The notes: a model not told the origin generated them from the sequence alone. A stretch of 53,344 nt of DNA from an uncultured Verrucomicrobiota bacterium (GCA_964616045.1 CAZTTU010000005.1:1-53344); one strand, 5' to 3'; shown: positions 28,501 through 39,791, numbered from the stretch's first letter. Made by a program: numbers and translations.

Positions 28501-29784
28501 TTAACCAAATAACTCCAAAACCGGCTTGCCTTCCTTGAAGATCATTTCCAGTTTCACGCCAGGCAGCTTGGTCTGCAGCTTCTTCCTGTAGTCGATCCCC
28601 ATGGCGTGACAGATCGTCGCGTGAAGGTCGCTCGGCTTGACCGGACGCTCAGCCGGATCCATGGCGTCCTTGTCGGACTTGCCAACCACTTGGCCTCCCT
28701 GGATACCCCCTCCGGCCATGAATCCGCTAAAGACGCGTGCCCAGTGATCACGACCGGCATTGTTGTTGATGCGGGGGGTGCGGCCAAATTCGCTGAGCAT
28801 GATAACCATCGTTTCCTTTAGCTTGCCGCTGGCAGCCAAGTCCTCAATCAGCGAAGCCAAAGCCGGGTCCATGATATCACCGTGATTCTGCATGGCCGGG
28901 AAGTTGTTATTGTGGGTGTCAAACCCACCCCGGTTCACCTGGACAAATCGTACACCAGTTTCGACCAGCTTGCGCGCGATTAGGGCCCCCCGACCAAAAT
29001 CGCTGTCCCCATAACGCGCAAGAGTGTCAGGCGACTCATTGTGAAGCTCAAAGGCTTTCAGAGCCGGGCTGCGCATCAGTTTCACCGCTTCGTTGTTGGC
29101 AGTCTGAACCGCCTTGGCTTCATCGCCGCCCAACCTGCGAGCGGTGCGTTGGTTATATCGAGCTAAAATTTCCAGCCGCTTGTCTCCCCGGGTTTTCGTG
29201 ATCCCCGTGGGGAAGGCAAGATAGGGGTCACGATCGCCGGGCTTGGCCACAAAGTAAGCCTCGGATTGCTGCCCCAGGTAGCCTGCGCGACGCGCCTGAC
29301 CACTGATGGTGATAAATGAGGGTAGATCCCCAATCCTATCGAGTTCGTGATTTACAATAGAGCCAATGCCCGGGTGCATGATGAGCGGGTTCTCGTCATA
29401 GCTGGTCTGCAATTGATAGGACGCCCGGCCATGGGCGGCGTTGGTGCCCTGGATGGAGCGGATGAGCGCCGCATGATGCATCTGCTTGGCTAATAGCGGA
29501 AAGATGCTGCTGATCTGTACACCATCGGCAGAGGTCTTGATGGGCTCAAATTCACCGGCCACCGGGCGGCCCGGCTTGGGATCCCACGTGTCGATATGAC
29601 TCATACCCCCACCATTCCAGAAAAGGATAACGTGCTTGGCAGTCGCCTTCTTCGTTTCACCAGCGCGCGCCAGCATCTGTGCGATGGGCATGCCCAGCAG
29701 CGTGGCGCTGGACATCCCCAGCATCCGGCGGCGCGTCATTTGATAATCCAAACATCCGTGACTCATGTGTGTGCTCCTATTCAT
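28501..29784 (-). CDS. DUF1501-domain protein (Tat-type signal)
   Basis: TRRRMLG twin-arginine; GGMSHIDTWDPKP, GFDTH and SEFGRTPRIN...GRDHW. Confidence 0.92.
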   Translation of the reverse strand: MNRSTHMSHGCLDYQMTRRRMLGMSSATLLGMPIAQMLARAGETKKATAKHVILFWNGGGMSHIDTWDPKPGRPVAGEFEPIKTSADGVQISSIFPLLAKQMHHAALIRSIQGTNAAHGRASYQLQTSYDENPLIMHPGIGSIVNHELDRIGDLPSFITISGQARRAGYLGQQSEAYFVAKPGDRDPYLAFPTGITKTRGDKRLEILARYNQRTARRLGGDEAKAVQTANNEAVKLMRSPALKAFELHNESPDTLARYGDSDFGRGALIARKLVETGVRFVQVNRGGFDTHNNNFPAMQNHGDIMDPALASLIEDLAASGKLKETMVIMLSEFGRTPRINNNAGRDHWARVFSGFMAGGGIQGGQVVGKSDKDAMDPAERPVKPSDLHATICHAMGIDYRKKLQTKLPGVKLEMIFKEGKPVLELFG

Positions 29785-29818
29785 TTGGTTGATTGATAAT
29801 TAAATTTCAAATCTCTGG

Positions 29819-31948
29819 CTACGGCAGGTAGCGAAAGTCGTTGCTGTTGAGCAGCGTCCAGCGCAGGTCCGCCATGCCTTCAAGGGCTTGTTTGCCGGTG
29901 CCAACAATTACCCTGGCAAACTCTATTTCCTGGGCATCGGGCTGGCGCGTGAGGATTTCCATGTAGGCCAGCTTGATGGCGGCGGTAATGTCTTGCTTGT
30001 CCCCGTCAAGGTGCCGGTGGATTGGCTCCAGTGTTCCCACTCGGGAAGCCTCGTGGGTGATTTTCCCATTGAGCATCATCAGCTGCTGCCGCATGGAGGG
30101 GGTGTGGTCGCGGAATTCGCCCAGTTGCTCCCGGGGTGTTTGGCCGAAGACGCGCAAAAAATGCGCCGGGGGCGCCGGTGTGGCCATGCGCATGGTGCTG
30201 CCAAAGCGCGGGTTGTCATCCGCCTTGCGCTCCACCGTCTCATACTTGTAACGCACACGTATATTTTGGCGGCGTTGCTCAGCCATTTCCGCCATTTTCT
30301 TTTTACGCTCAAGTTCTGCGTCTGACATTTTCTTCATCATCTCCAAATCTCTGGCCATCTCCCCTTTGAGTAAGGCGTCAAAATCAAGCGCAATGGTCTC
30401 CTCAAGGTTGTAGCCCTGACCAGCCTTGGCTGCCATCATGCTGGGAACCATCTTGGGCTCGGTTCCAGCGACCGGCAGGGGCGGCGCAGGTTGTCCTCCC
30501 CCCTTTTCCGGTGGAAGCGTTACGCGCACGCGCTCAGTATAGGTGCGCACATTGGCGCCGGCGGGCCACTTGTACTCGGTTAGATGTCCGGCAACCACCA
30601 CGCTGTCATACATCACTTCTCCCACCATGCGGCGTGTGCTGGCTGCCGTGAAAGCCCTTTGCGCCTTGTCAACTTCGCTATTGGGCACGGTGGCATCAAG
30701 GTGGCCAATGGCGTAGGCGTCGGTCTCAACAATCATTCGGATCAGGTTCTTGATGTCATACCCGCTGGCAATAAATTCATGGGAGAGGTGTTTGATGGTT
30801 TGGGGGTGACTAACAATGTCCTGAAAATCATCGTAGGGCTCGTAAAAACCGTGGCCCATCAGCTCGCCCCAAAGACGATTGACCATATTTCGCGCAAAAT
30901 AGGGATTGTAGGGGCTGGTAACCAATTGAGACAACTTTGCCCGCTGCTCACTTTGGCGATAAAGATCACCCTTAACATCCAGTGCGCGGCCTTGGGCTTT
31001 CACCTCGTTCTTCACAGAACGGGCAAAGCCGCGATCCTTGTCAAAGACCTTGTTGGGATCAGCGCTCTCAAGAAGGGCATCAAGTTTTCTTGCCTTGTCA
31101 CCTTTCAGCACAGCCAGTTCAAGTCCGGCACGCTTGGCCTCAAATCGCCTAATGAAATCCGGCTTAACCTCGTATTCATTAAGTTCGAAAGGAAATTTTG
31201 GCATAACCGCAGCGCGCGTCTTTGGCTTGCGACGTTCCGGAGGCCATAGCACTGAGGTATCGTTGGCCTCCGTAGTATAGGTTCGGCGTGCAAACTCATT
31301 CTGCACCACGCGCGTCTTTCCGTAAAAGGTCGCCAACTCGTAGAACTGCTTCTGCTTCCATACGTCAAAGGGGTGATTGTGGCATTGCGCGCAGAACATG
31401 CGCACGCCCATGAACATCTGCGCGGTCGCCGCTGCCAGTGCCATCGGTTCAGCCGACTCACCAAGAATGAAGCCTACTGCCGGCGTTTTGCCGGTGGAGC
31501 CGTTGGCGGAGATCATTTCCCGCGCCAATTCATCCCATGGCCGATTTTCGTCGACTGCCTTGTGCAGGTAAGCTAGAAGCGCATTGCCGCCAGTAGCGCC
31601 GCTGCGGACGCGCAGCATGTCAGCGAAATAAACCGTCCACCGGTCCGCGAAGCGCGGATCAGCCATTAGCTTGTCGATCAGCTTGGTTCGCCGCTGTTGC
31701 TTTGACCATTTCTGGTATTGCTCAATTTCCTCATAGGTCGGGATGCGCCCAATAAGGTCGATGTTTGCTTTGCGCAAAAATTCCAAGTCACCAATCGCTT
31801 GGGCAGCTTGCGTTGGACCGCCTTCGGCCTTGGCGTTATCAGCTGACAGTAGCTGATCAATCTTAGAGGGTTTCGCCCCGGCTATTGTAGCACTGATTAA
31901 AGCGGCTACGAAAGAAAGTTTTAACAGAAAAGAAGTCATGCGTTTCAT
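29819..31948 (-). CDS. DUF1549/DUF1553 (PSCyt2/PSD1) protein
   Basis: FLRKANIDLIGRIPT, MGVRMFCAQCHNHPFDVW, NPYFARNMVNRLW, FLRVFG and DLRWTLLNSNDF. Likely start MKRMTSF. Confidence 0.9.
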   Translation of the reverse strand: MKRMTSFLLKLSFVAALISATIAGAKPSKIDQLLSADNAKAEGGPTQAAQAIGDLEFLRKANIDLIGRIPTYEEIEQYQKWSKQQRRTKLIDKLMADPRFADRWTVYFADMLRVRSGATGGNALLAYLHKAVDENRPWDELAREMISANGSTGKTPAVGFILGESAEPMALAAATAQMFMGVRMFCAQCHNHPFDVWKQKQFYELATFYGKTRVVQNEFARRTYTTEANDTSVLWPPERRKPKTRAAVMPKFPFELNEYEVKPDFIRRFEAKRAGLELAVLKGDKARKLDALLESADPNKVFDKDRGFARSVKNEVKAQGRALDVKGDLYRQSEQRAKLSQLVTSPYNPYFARNMVNRLWGELMGHGFYEPYDDFQDIVSHPQTIKHLSHEFIASGYDIKNLIRMIVETDAYAIGHLDATVPNSEVDKAQRAFTAASTRRMVGEVMYDSVVVAGHLTEYKWPAGANVRTYTERVRVTLPPEKGGGQPAPPLPVAGTEPKMVPSMMAAKAGQGYNLEETIALDFDALLKGEMARDLEMMKKMSDAELERKKKMAEMAEQRRQNIRVRYKYETVERKADDNPRFGSTMRMATPAPPAHFLRVFGQTPREQLGEFRDHTPSMRQQLMMLNGKITHEASRVGTLEPIHRHLDGDKQDITAAIKLAYMEILTRQPDAQEIEFARVIVGTGKQALEGMADLRWTLLNSNDFRYLP

Positions 31949-32095
31949 GTCCCGTCTATGGGAAATCTGGCTTATTTCCCTTCTTGGCGCAAGTAAAAGT
32001 AAATCAGATTTTTGCAATGTATTTATTCCCATTCCTACAACCCTCCACTAGAAAATACTTTTCATTCTGACACATTGAACATAAAGCCTTTCCTC

Positions 32096-32722
32096 ATGCC
32101 CTGTCCGCTCTGCCATGGTAAAGACGCATTCTTTTTTGAGGATGAGCGCCGTTCATATCAGCAGTGCGGCCAATGCACACTCATCTTTGTTCCGGCTGAA
32201 TTCCACCTCACGCGCGATGAGGAAAGGGCGCAGTATGATCTTCACGAAAACAATCCCAACGCTCCCGGCTACCGCCAGTTTCTCAATCGATTGGCTGAGC
32301 CTTTGCTGAAGAAACTCCCACCCAACAGTTCCGGCCTTGATTTTGGTTGTGGCCCCGGCCCAACACTCTCGTTGATGTTCGAGGAAGCCAACCATCAAGT
32401 TGCCTTACATGATCCATTTTTCCTCCCCAACCCGACGGCACTCAAGGCCACTTACGATTTCATCACCGCCACCGAGGTCCTAGAGCACCTACATCATCCG
32501 CGGCGCGACTTGGATGCCATTTGGAATTGCCTGCAACTCGGCGGCTGGCTGGGCATAATGACCAAGCGTGCACACAGTCGCGAAGCGTTTGCCAAGTGGC
32601 ATTATAAACAAGACCCCACACACGTCTGCTTCTGGAGCAACACCTCCCTTCAATGGTTGGCCAATCAATGGAGCGCAAAATTGGAACTGATCCAATCAGA
32701 TGTTGCGTTATTGCAAAAATGA
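32096..32722 (+). CDS. Class I SAM-dependent methyltransferase with N-terminal Cys motif
   Basis: CPLC...CGQC, LDFGCGPG, ATEVLEH and WHYKQDPTHV. Confidence 0.85.
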   Translation: MPCPLCHGKDAFFFEDERRSYQQCGQCTLIFVPAEFHLTRDEERAQYDLHENNPNAPGYRQFLNRLAEPLLKKLPPNSSGLDFGCGPGPTLSLMFEEANHQVALHDPFFLPNPTALKATYDFITATEVLEHLHHPRRDLDAIWNCLQLGGWLGIMTKRAHSREAFAKWHYKQDPTHVCFWSNTSLQWLANQWSAKLELIQSDVALLQK

Positions 32723-33062
32723 TCAGCGAAATTCGACTTGCTGTGTTAACTTGGGGCGTGATGTGTCGGTGGCCAGCAAGCTACTTGCGATTCTGTGGCG
32801 TGATTGCATTCACAGCTTTGCTTCCCCTATCTCCCGGTCAATCGGCCATTCCCTAACCTCACCCCATTTCTACCGGTCAACCGGCACGCAGCCTACAGTA
32901 ATTGAGGGTATCAATTCCCGCATCTTCGCTTAAGCAAATGCGCCTGAACTTGCGCATCGGCTACGTCAACCAAAGCCGTCCCGCCAACACTCCCACAGCC
33001 CATCGCCAGACAACCATGGCGCAGCGCTAATCTTTATTTGCTTGTTCAATCTTGCCGTGTAT

Positions 33063-33290
33063 TCATCCCGATATCACACCCGCAACCATTATCAGGCCAA
33101 TACCGACTAACTGGATGAAGAATGGCTTCCAGGCAGTATGCCAATACAAAATCAGGAAGACCAATGAAGCTGGACCACAAAACAAACATCCGAGCCCCCA
33201 CCAAACACTTGCCCTGAATGCCACAATCAAAAACATTACCAAACCCACGAGCGATATCGCACACCCTGCGAGCATTAAAATAACATCCAT
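33063..33290 (-). CDS. Small membrane protein (75 aa)
   Basis: Three hydrophobic segments with AF...SVWWGLGC...W...KPF; preceded by a purine-rich AAAGGGAAAG. Confidence 0.7.
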   Translation of the reverse strand: MDVILMLAGCAISLVGLVMFLIVAFRASVWWGLGCLFCGPASLVFLILYWHTAWKPFFIQLVGIGLIMVAGVISG

Positions 33291-33486
33291 TTTCTTTCCC
33301 TTTCAGTAAGGCAACCCAAAACGAGACAAGATTTATGCTGCCTTGACTGCCTTGAAATTTGCAACGGGAAATTTTCCCCAAATTATATAATTGGAGCTAT
33401 CATTCCATCTTGGCCGTCTCCTCTCCGGCAATCAACTGCAGCGAATCGTTCCCGTTGAGCGGTTTGGATGCCTCGAAGAAAAATGA

Positions 33487-33878
33487 CCTTGGAAGGGTTG
33501 TAAGCCGAATTTTGTCTGCACCGGTTGCCCGGCGGAGAGGATCATTTATCTATTGCGACCTTACCCGGAGCCGTGATCGTTTCCGATCATGGAGCGAACC
33601 GCCCCTAGCCCCCTATTTGGCCTTGCACCCAATGGGGTTTACCGTGCCGCCTCGCTTACGCTTGGCGCGGTGGGCTCTTACCCCACCTTTTCACCCTTGC
33701 CTCGACCAAAGCCGTGGCGGTTTGTTTTCTGTGGCACTTTCCGTCAGCTTTCCTCACGGATAAACTGCCCGCGTGTACCCCCGGCTGAACCAAGGTTACG
33801 CGGCATCGTGTCCTGCGGTGTTCGGACTTTCCTCTCCCAGCAAATCAATGCCGAAAGCGATCCTCCACCCTTCCAAGG
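33487..33878 (-). ncRNA. rnpB: RNase P RNA (class A)
   Basis: Minus strand GAGGAAAGTCC...GGAAAGTGCCACAGAAAA...GGTAAGAGCCCACC...GCAAGGCCAAAT...AGACAAAATTCGGCTTA (conserved regions CR I-V). Confidence 0.96.
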
Positions 33879-33911
33879 TGAAATGGATCATAGAGGGAAA
33901 CGCACTAAAGC

Positions 33912-34637
33912 TCAAGCCTCCTCAAGGGTCATGTCGCGCGTGTAGTAGAGAATGCGGGCGCAATTCGGACAGTACTTGATCTGCCGACCGCCCTTGACGG
34001 CCACCACTTCAGAAGAAGGCAACTTCATATGGCAACCGCCGCATGTGCCATGTGTGATGCCCACAATGATATTGGCACCCTTTTTGCCAAGCAACCGGTC
34101 GTAGCGGGCAAGTGTGGTGCCATCTATTTTCCCGGCAGCCTCCATACGCAGACCCTCCATTTCCTCGATGGTCTTATTCAGATTTGTCTCGCGCTCATCA
34201 ATCTGCGCCAGCGCAGTAGCTTTATCCTGATTGGCTTCGGCAAGGGCTGCCTGCGCCTGCTTCAATATTTCCGCCTGCGCATCAATTTCCTCCAGCGCCA
34301 TCAGCTCCTCAGTCTCGAGGTCAGAGATGTTCTTCTGGCAGGCTTCAATCTGCCGACTCAATGCGCGATAGTGTTCGTTGTCCTTGGTCTCCAACTGTTG
34401 TTTGGAATAGGTACGAATCTTTGCCTGCTCCCCCTGTATATCCGACTCAAGTGCATTTTTCTTGACCTCAAGTTCCTTGGCTTTCTGATCGGCAGCAGCC
34501 TGAGCATCCTCCGCTATGGTGGAGCGGTTCTGGCTCTCGGTTCGCTCGTGCTCCAGCCTCACATATTCCTCACGCCCATCTTTGATGGCGCGATCGCGAG
34601 ACTGAAGGACCAAAAGTTTTTCAATTTCCTCGTGCAT
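33912..34637 (-). CDS. Coiled-coil + C4 zinc-ribbon protein (DUF164; CT398/HP0958-like)
   Basis: Long heptad region, then CGGCHMKL...CPNCARILY; lies directly upstream of rnpB. Confidence 0.88.
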   Translation of the reverse strand: MHEEIEKLLVLQSRDRAIKDGREEYVRLEHERTESQNRSTIAEDAQAAADQKAKELEVKKNALESDIQGEQAKIRTYSKQQLETKDNEHYRALSRQIEACQKNISDLETEELMALEEIDAQAEILKQAQAALAEANQDKATALAQIDERETNLNKTIEEMEGLRMEAAGKIDGTTLARYDRLLGKKGANIIVGITHGTCGGCHMKLPSSEVVAVKGGRQIKYCPNCARILYYTRDMTLEEA

Positions 34638-34761
34638 GAAAAAGAGAAACAACACCGTAAGCAGACCGGCAAAGCAAGTCAACCGCGCACCGTCGCCAGT
34701 TGGGAATAGATTTTACTGGCTAACGAGTTGAGAACCGGCAAGTTGCTCGCCTTTTCCGAGC

Positions 34762-36303
34762 ATGAAGGAGCAAGTTGTCATTCTCGATTTCGGGTCGCAA
34801 TACACGCAGGTGATTGCCCGGCGCATTCGCGAATGCAGGGTATACTCGATCATCCTGCCCCACAATACTCCCGTGGGCGAGATTGCCGCACTGAACCCCA
34901 AAGGCATCATCCTTTCCGGAGGACCGCAGAGCGTCTACAGCCGCACAGCACCCTTGCCGGACAAGAAGATATTTGATCTTGGCGTGCCAATGCTCGGCAT
35001 TTGTTTCGGCCTACAGCTTATGGCCAAATATCTCGGTGGCAAGGTTGAGCGCGGCCTCAAGCGCGAATATGGCAAAGGCTTCCTAAAGGTAAAGGACGGC
35101 AAATGCGCGCTTTTTGGCAAACTACCCGGCACCCTGCAAGTCTGGAACTCGCATGGCGACAAGCTCACCCAGTTGCCCAAGGACTTCAGGACCGTCGCTG
35201 TCACGGAGAATTCACCGTTTGCCGCGGTGGAAAACCGTAAGCGACGGTTTTTTGGCCTGCAATTTCATCCTGAAGTTGTCCATACGCCAAAAGGCAAGAC
35301 GATCATCAGCAATTTTGTCCACAGGATCTGCGGCTGCGGACGCAAGTGGACAATGCGCAACTACATCGACCTGGCCGTTGAGGAAATTCGATCGCAGGTC
35401 GGCGATGAGCATGTGATTCTTGGGCTGTCAGGCGGCGTGGATTCCAGCGTGGCCGCCGCACTCATCCACAAGGCCATTGGCAAACAACTCACCTGCATTT
35501 TCGTAAACAACGGCGTGCTCCGGGCGAATGAGGCTGAGGTGGTGCAGAAACTTTTCCGTGACAACTTCAAGTGCAATTTCCTTTATGAGGACACGGCAAA
35601 ATTATTCCTGAAAAAACTCAAGGGCATCACCGACCCCGAGACCAAGCGCAAGATCATAGGCAACACGTTTATTGATGTGTTTCAGAAGGCCACGCGCAAG
35701 GTCGGCAATGCAAAGTTCCTGGCACAGGGCACATTATATCCAGACGTAATCGAGTCCGTGCCAATCGCCGGCAACCCCGCCTCGCTCATTAAGAGCCATC
35801 ACAACGTCGGTGGACTGCCGGACAACATGAAGTTTGAGCTCGTCGAGCCTCTGCGCAATCTCTTCAAGGATGAAGTGCGTCTACTCGGCCTCGAACTCGG
35901 CCTGCCCAAGGAAGTCGTTTGGAGACAACCCTTCCCGGGGCCCGGTTTAGCCGTACGCCTACTTGGTGAGGTGACCAAAAACAACCTCACCATCCTCCGC
36001 AATGCCGATCGTATTGTCATCGAATCAATGAAAAACGCCGGTTGGTATTACAAGGTTTGGCAAAGCTTCGCCGTGCTGCTGCCGGTTCGCAGCGTTGGGG
36101 TAATGGGTGACGAACGCACCTATGAATATACCATCGCCGTGCGCATCGTTGAGAGCAAGGACGGCATGACTGCCGACTGGGTGAAACTTCCCTCGACTTT
36201 ACTCGAAACCATCTCCAGCCGCATCATCAATGAAGTTGATGGCGTCAATCGCGTCTGCTACGACATTACCAGCAAGCCTCCCGGCACCATCGAGTGGGAA
36301 TAG
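34762..36303 (+). CDS. guaA: GMP synthase (glutamine-hydrolysing)
   Basis: [35 protein letters not shown] and KPPGTIEWE. Confidence 0.98.
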   Translation: MKEQVVILDFGSQYTQVIARRIRECRVYSIILPHNTPVGEIAALNPKGIILSGGPQSVYSRTAPLPDKKIFDLGVPMLGICFGLQLMAKYLGGKVERGLKREYGKGFLKVKDGKCALFGKLPGTLQVWNSHGDKLTQLPKDFRTVAVTENSPFAAVENRKRRFFGLQFHPEVVHTPKGKTIISNFVHRICGCGRKWTMRNYIDLAVEEIRSQVGDEHVILGLSGGVDSSVAAALIHKAIGKQLTCIFVNNGVLRANEAEVVQKLFRDNFKCNFLYEDTAKLFLKKLKGITDPETKRKIIGNTFIDVFQKATRKVGNAKFLAQGTLYPDVIESVPIAGNPASLIKSHHNVGGLPDNMKFELVEPLRNLFKDEVRLLGLELGLPKEVVWRQPFPGPGLAVRLLGEVTKNNLTILRNADRIVIESMKNAGWYYKVWQSFAVLLPVRSVGVMGDERTYEYTIAVRIVESKDGMTADWVKLPSTLLETISSRIINEVDGVNRVCYDITSKPPGTIEWE

Positions 36304-36436
36304 CACCCTGCTCTTTTCAAACCACCCACGTGCATAACAGGTAACAACAATAATCACGCCATCCATTGCGAGAAAGCGATTGATGTGTGAGATTGTGAAA
36401 GCTCCTCAGACTGGGATCTCAGAAAGGAAACCAGCC

Positions 36437-38764
36437 ATGAGAAACAATGTTACCCGACCTGTAGCCCTTGCCGGATTTTTGGGCCTCGCCCTCACCCTAA
36501 TCTGGACTGGCCCCAAACACACGCCATCGCGCGAATCAGTATCCAATAACAAATCGATCACCGCTCGGGCACGCGCGGCGATGTTGTATTCGAGCCCAAG
36601 GTCACCGTTGGTGTCTGCCAATCATCCGACACCAAAACAACACGCGGGTTCGCGTCAAAATCCAACGCATAAACCCTCACAGCAATTTTCGATTGCCCAA
36701 GCTTGGCGCACTCACGAGGGTGCGAAGATCAACCCTGCTCCCGTCGCGTTGCCGGAAGGCACGGCATTTGTGCGTGGAATTCCCGTACATCCTTCAAGAG
36801 TAGTGGCACGAATACGACCAGAAATCAGCCGTGATGCATTGGCCAACGCGCTGGATGGCGTAGGCGCCTCCATCGCTATCGATCCAAACCCGAGTGGCTG
36901 GCTAACAGTAGATTTGGCTCCGACGACCCCCGAGGACGAAGCACTTGGAGCTGAAACCACCCTGCTCACCCGGATGAAAGTGCTGCAAGGCACCGGCACG
37001 CTGGAGGCGATTGAACCGGATTATTTGCTCACGCACACCGCTACTCCCGGCGATGCAGGCTACAATCAAGGCTGGCTCTGGGGCCTTCACAATACCGGCC
37101 AAAACGGCGGCACGGCCGGAATCGATATCGGTGCGACCAAAGCTTGGGACACGACCACTGGTTCCTCCAACGTGATAGTAGCCATCATCGACACGGGCGT
37201 TCGCTATACGCACCAGGATCTTGAAGGGCAAATGTGGATCAACTCCGGAGAGATTCCCGGCAACGGTGTGGACGATGACAATGACGGTTACGTTGACAAC
37301 GTGCATGGCATTGACGTGATCAACAATGACGGCGACCCGATGGATGATAACAGTCATGGCACACACTGCGCCGGCACAATTGGCGCGCGCGCCAACAATG
37401 GTCATGCGCACGTGGGCGTTGCGTGGCAGGTGCGCCTCATGGCGTGCAAGTTCCTTAGCGGCGACGGCTGGGGCTACACCAGCGGCGCGATCGAATGCAT
37501 CGACTTCGCCGTAAGCAACGGCGCAAAAGTGCTCAGCAACAGTTGGGGCGGTGGCGGATTCAGTCAGGGCCTTTACGATTCCATTGCAAGTGCACGCGAT
37601 GCGGGTGTGGTCTTTGTGGCTGCTGCCGGCAACAGCGGGCAGGACACAGATTCATCCCCACAATATCCTAGCGCGTATGACTTGGAAAATATCATCGCTG
37701 TGGCTGCCATCGACCGAAACGGTCAATTGGCAAGTTGGTCCAACTATGGCCATACCACCGTGGATCTCGGCGCGCCTGGAGTAGACATTTTCTCCAGCGT
37801 GGCGGATTCGGACAGCAGTTACTCTTCCTACAGTGGCACCAGCATGGCCACTCCCCACGTGTCCGGCGTGGCAGCCCTATTGTTCGCGAATGACAACACA
37901 CTGTCGGTCAGCAAAATAAAGGCGCAACTCTTGAATACCAGCGTACTTTTGGACGACCTGCGTGATCGCACCGTGAGTAGCGGACTGGTCAATGCCGCCA
38001 ACGCACTGGATGGAGGTGATGATGGTGAATTAGAAATTGTCCTGACTGTTTCTGATAACCCGCTTCGCGGCGGGCGCAAGGCAGCCGTGATGGCACAGGT
38101 GAGCGACGTAACTCCCGTGACTGGGGCTAATGTGACCGGCGATATGGATGGCACCTCCCTTGCTTTTGCTGATGATGGGAACGTGCCGGACGAAACGGCC
38201 GATGATGGGATTTACACCGCGACAATGGAAGTGTCGGACGACACATCGGTTGAAAGCGTAATGATTTACGCCACGGCTGAAGCCACCGACAAGGCCCCTG
38301 TGAGCACGAGCCTTACTGTTGCTGTAATCCATACGCCGGCGAATGATAACTTTGATGAACGCGCCGGCTTGAGCGGACGCAAGGTGAGCCTTAGTGGGTT
38401 CACTAATCGCGCAGCCACCGCAGAGGATAATGAGCCGCGGCATTACTGGTCCAAACCACTGAAATCTGTCTGGTTCACGTGGGCGTCACCACGCACCGGT
38501 CGGGCGGATATCTGGCTAAAAGGGAGTGACTTCGATACCGTCATGGCGGTTTACCGGGGCAGCACGCTCGACAATCTTCGTCGCGTGGCGCGCGATGATG
38601 ATGGCGGCGGCAAACTCACCAGCCGCGTTCGATTCAACGTACGCAAGGGTCGCACCTATCATTTCGCAGTAGACGGATGGAGTGGCGCCGAGGGTGATAT
38701 AAACGGCCGGCTCGTTGTGAAGAAACGCAAACCCTTCAAGCGCAGTCGTAAATGGTGGCAATAG
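36437..38764 (+). CDS. S8 subtilase with choice-of-anchor-X-like and PPC-like C-terminal domains
   Basis: Catalytic triad IIDTG / HGTHCAG / GTSMATPHV; DDG...DDGIYT; PANDNF...SVWF...FDT.MAVY...AVDG. RBS-like AGAAAGGAAA before the ATG at 36437. Confidence 0.92.
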   Translation: MRNNVTRPVALAGFLGLALTLIWTGPKHTPSRESVSNNKSITARARAAMLYSSPRSPLVSANHPTPKQHAGSRQNPTHKPSQQFSIAQAWRTHEGAKINPAPVALPEGTAFVRGIPVHPSRVVARIRPEISRDALANALDGVGASIAIDPNPSGWLTVDLAPTTPEDEALGAETTLLTRMKVLQGTGTLEAIEPDYLLTHTATPGDAGYNQGWLWGLHNTGQNGGTAGIDIGATKAWDTTTGSSNVIVAIIDTGVRYTHQDLEGQMWINSGEIPGNGVDDDNDGYVDNVHGIDVINNDGDPMDDNSHGTHCAGTIGARANNGHAHVGVAWQVRLMACKFLSGDGWGYTSGAIECIDFAVSNGAKVLSNSWGGGGFSQGLYDSIASARDAGVVFVAAAGNSGQDTDSSPQYPSAYDLENIIAVAAIDRNGQLASWSNYGHTTVDLGAPGVDIFSSVADSDSSYSSYSGTSMATPHVSGVAALLFANDNTLSVSKIKAQLLNTSVLLDDLRDRTVSSGLVNAANALDGGDDGELEIVLTVSDNPLRGGRKAAVMAQVSDVTPVTGANVTGDMDGTSLAFADDGNVPDETADDGIYTATMEVSDDTSVESVMIYATAEATDKAPVSTSLTVAVIHTPANDNFDERAGLSGRKVSLSGFTNRAATAEDNEPRHYWSKPLKSVWFTWASPRTGRADIWLKGSDFDTVMAVYRGSTLDNLRRVARDDDGGGKLTSRVRFNVRKGRTYHFAVDGWSGAEGDINGRLVVKKRKPFKRSRKWWQ

Positions 38765-38794
38765 CGACAGAAATTCTCCAAAGGGTTGTTAACC

Positions 38795-38830
38795 AGAAAG
38801 CCCCGGCATCTTTTCGGACCGGGGCTTTCT
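38795..38830. terminator. Intrinsic terminator hairpin (possibly bidirectional)
   Basis: AGAAAGCCCCGG...CCGGGGCTTTCT. Confidence 0.7.
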
Positions 38831-38882
38831 CACTTCCTTTCCCATTGCAAAAGGCCATGCATTCAGTTAATTTGTAATTGTC

Positions 38883-39791
38883 GTGCGAAAAACCCCAACC
38901 CATCGTGCCGGGTTTACTATGATCGAGTTGCTGGTGGTGATTGCCATCATTGCGATTCTGGCGGTACTGCTGTTGCCGGTGTTAGCTCGCGCCAAGGCCA
39001 AAGCCAACCGCATGAGGTGCGCAAGCAACCTGCGCCAGGTGGGCATTTCCCTCCTGGGATTCTGCAACGAGAACAACAGTCGCCTTCCTTGGTTATTGCC
39101 GCTTTCAGAACAGGCAATTGTGACACAAGGCCTTGCCGGTCCGGCACCGTTTCGTGGCCAACACCCTGCCAACAAACGCGTTCGGGATGTAACCACCCTG
39201 TTCTTAATCCCTGCCATCCGCAACGACTTAGACAACAATTCCAAACTCCTGCTGTCACCCTGCGACCCAACAGCGGCAGCAGCAAATGAAACGATGGAAC
39301 TCAACTTCAGCAACCTTAAGCAGCTTGACCTTAAAGGCATCAGCTACTCAATTTGTCACGGAGGTGATACCATGCTTCCCTCCACCATCGTTAGCCTTAC
39401 ACGCAATACTGAACATATAGCCCTCAAGCCCTTTTCCAGCAAATGGCATTCCAAGCGTGGTCAATACTTTTGCCATGTGGCGCGAAACCCACCGGGAAAT
39501 TCCACCCGCTTCATGGGTGCTGATGAACTGAACGAAAACACACCTCCTGCCGAAAGTCGACGACTTTTACCCTGCATCATGAGCCAACTCAACAAAGGTC
39601 AGGGGCAAATGGCTTTGGGCGATGGCAGTGTGGATCAGACGAATGATGCCAAATTTGACGAACAAATCACCTCTCACCTGAAAGCGCGAGGGGGAGTAAC
39701 CATCGGCCAACCTCAGAGCAGCATCAGCCGCCCATTCCAACCGGCTTCATCAATCGCGGCGGGTGTCGGCCTAAACCAAGGTGGAAAATAG
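38883..39791 (+). CDS. Prepilin-type N-terminal cleavage/methylation domain protein
   Basis: RAG|[17 protein letters not shown] class III signal; C.SNLRQ; C-terminal ALGDGSV. Confidence 0.88.
   Translation: MRKTPTHRAGFTMIELLVVIAIIAILAVLLLPVLARAKAKANRMRCASNLRQVGISLLGFCNENNSRLPWLLPLSEQAIVTQGLAGPAPFRGQHPANKRVRDVTTLFLIPAIRNDLDNNSKLLLSPCDPTAAAANETMELNFSNLKQLDLKGISYSICHGGDTMLPSTIVSLTRNTEHIALKPFSSKWHSKRGQYFCHVARNPPGNSTRFMGADELNENTPPAESRRLLPCIMSQLNKGQGQMALGDGSVDQTNDAKFDEQITSHLKARGGVTIGQPQSSISRPFQPASSIAAGVGLNQGGK

Noticed and set aside
32723-33060. ~340 nt spacer with short ORFs
   Set aside because: No recognisable protein motif, repeat or convincing RNA structure.
33359-33979. Plus-strand ORFs of 134, 118 and 68 aa
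   Set aside because: Antisense to the RNase P RNA.
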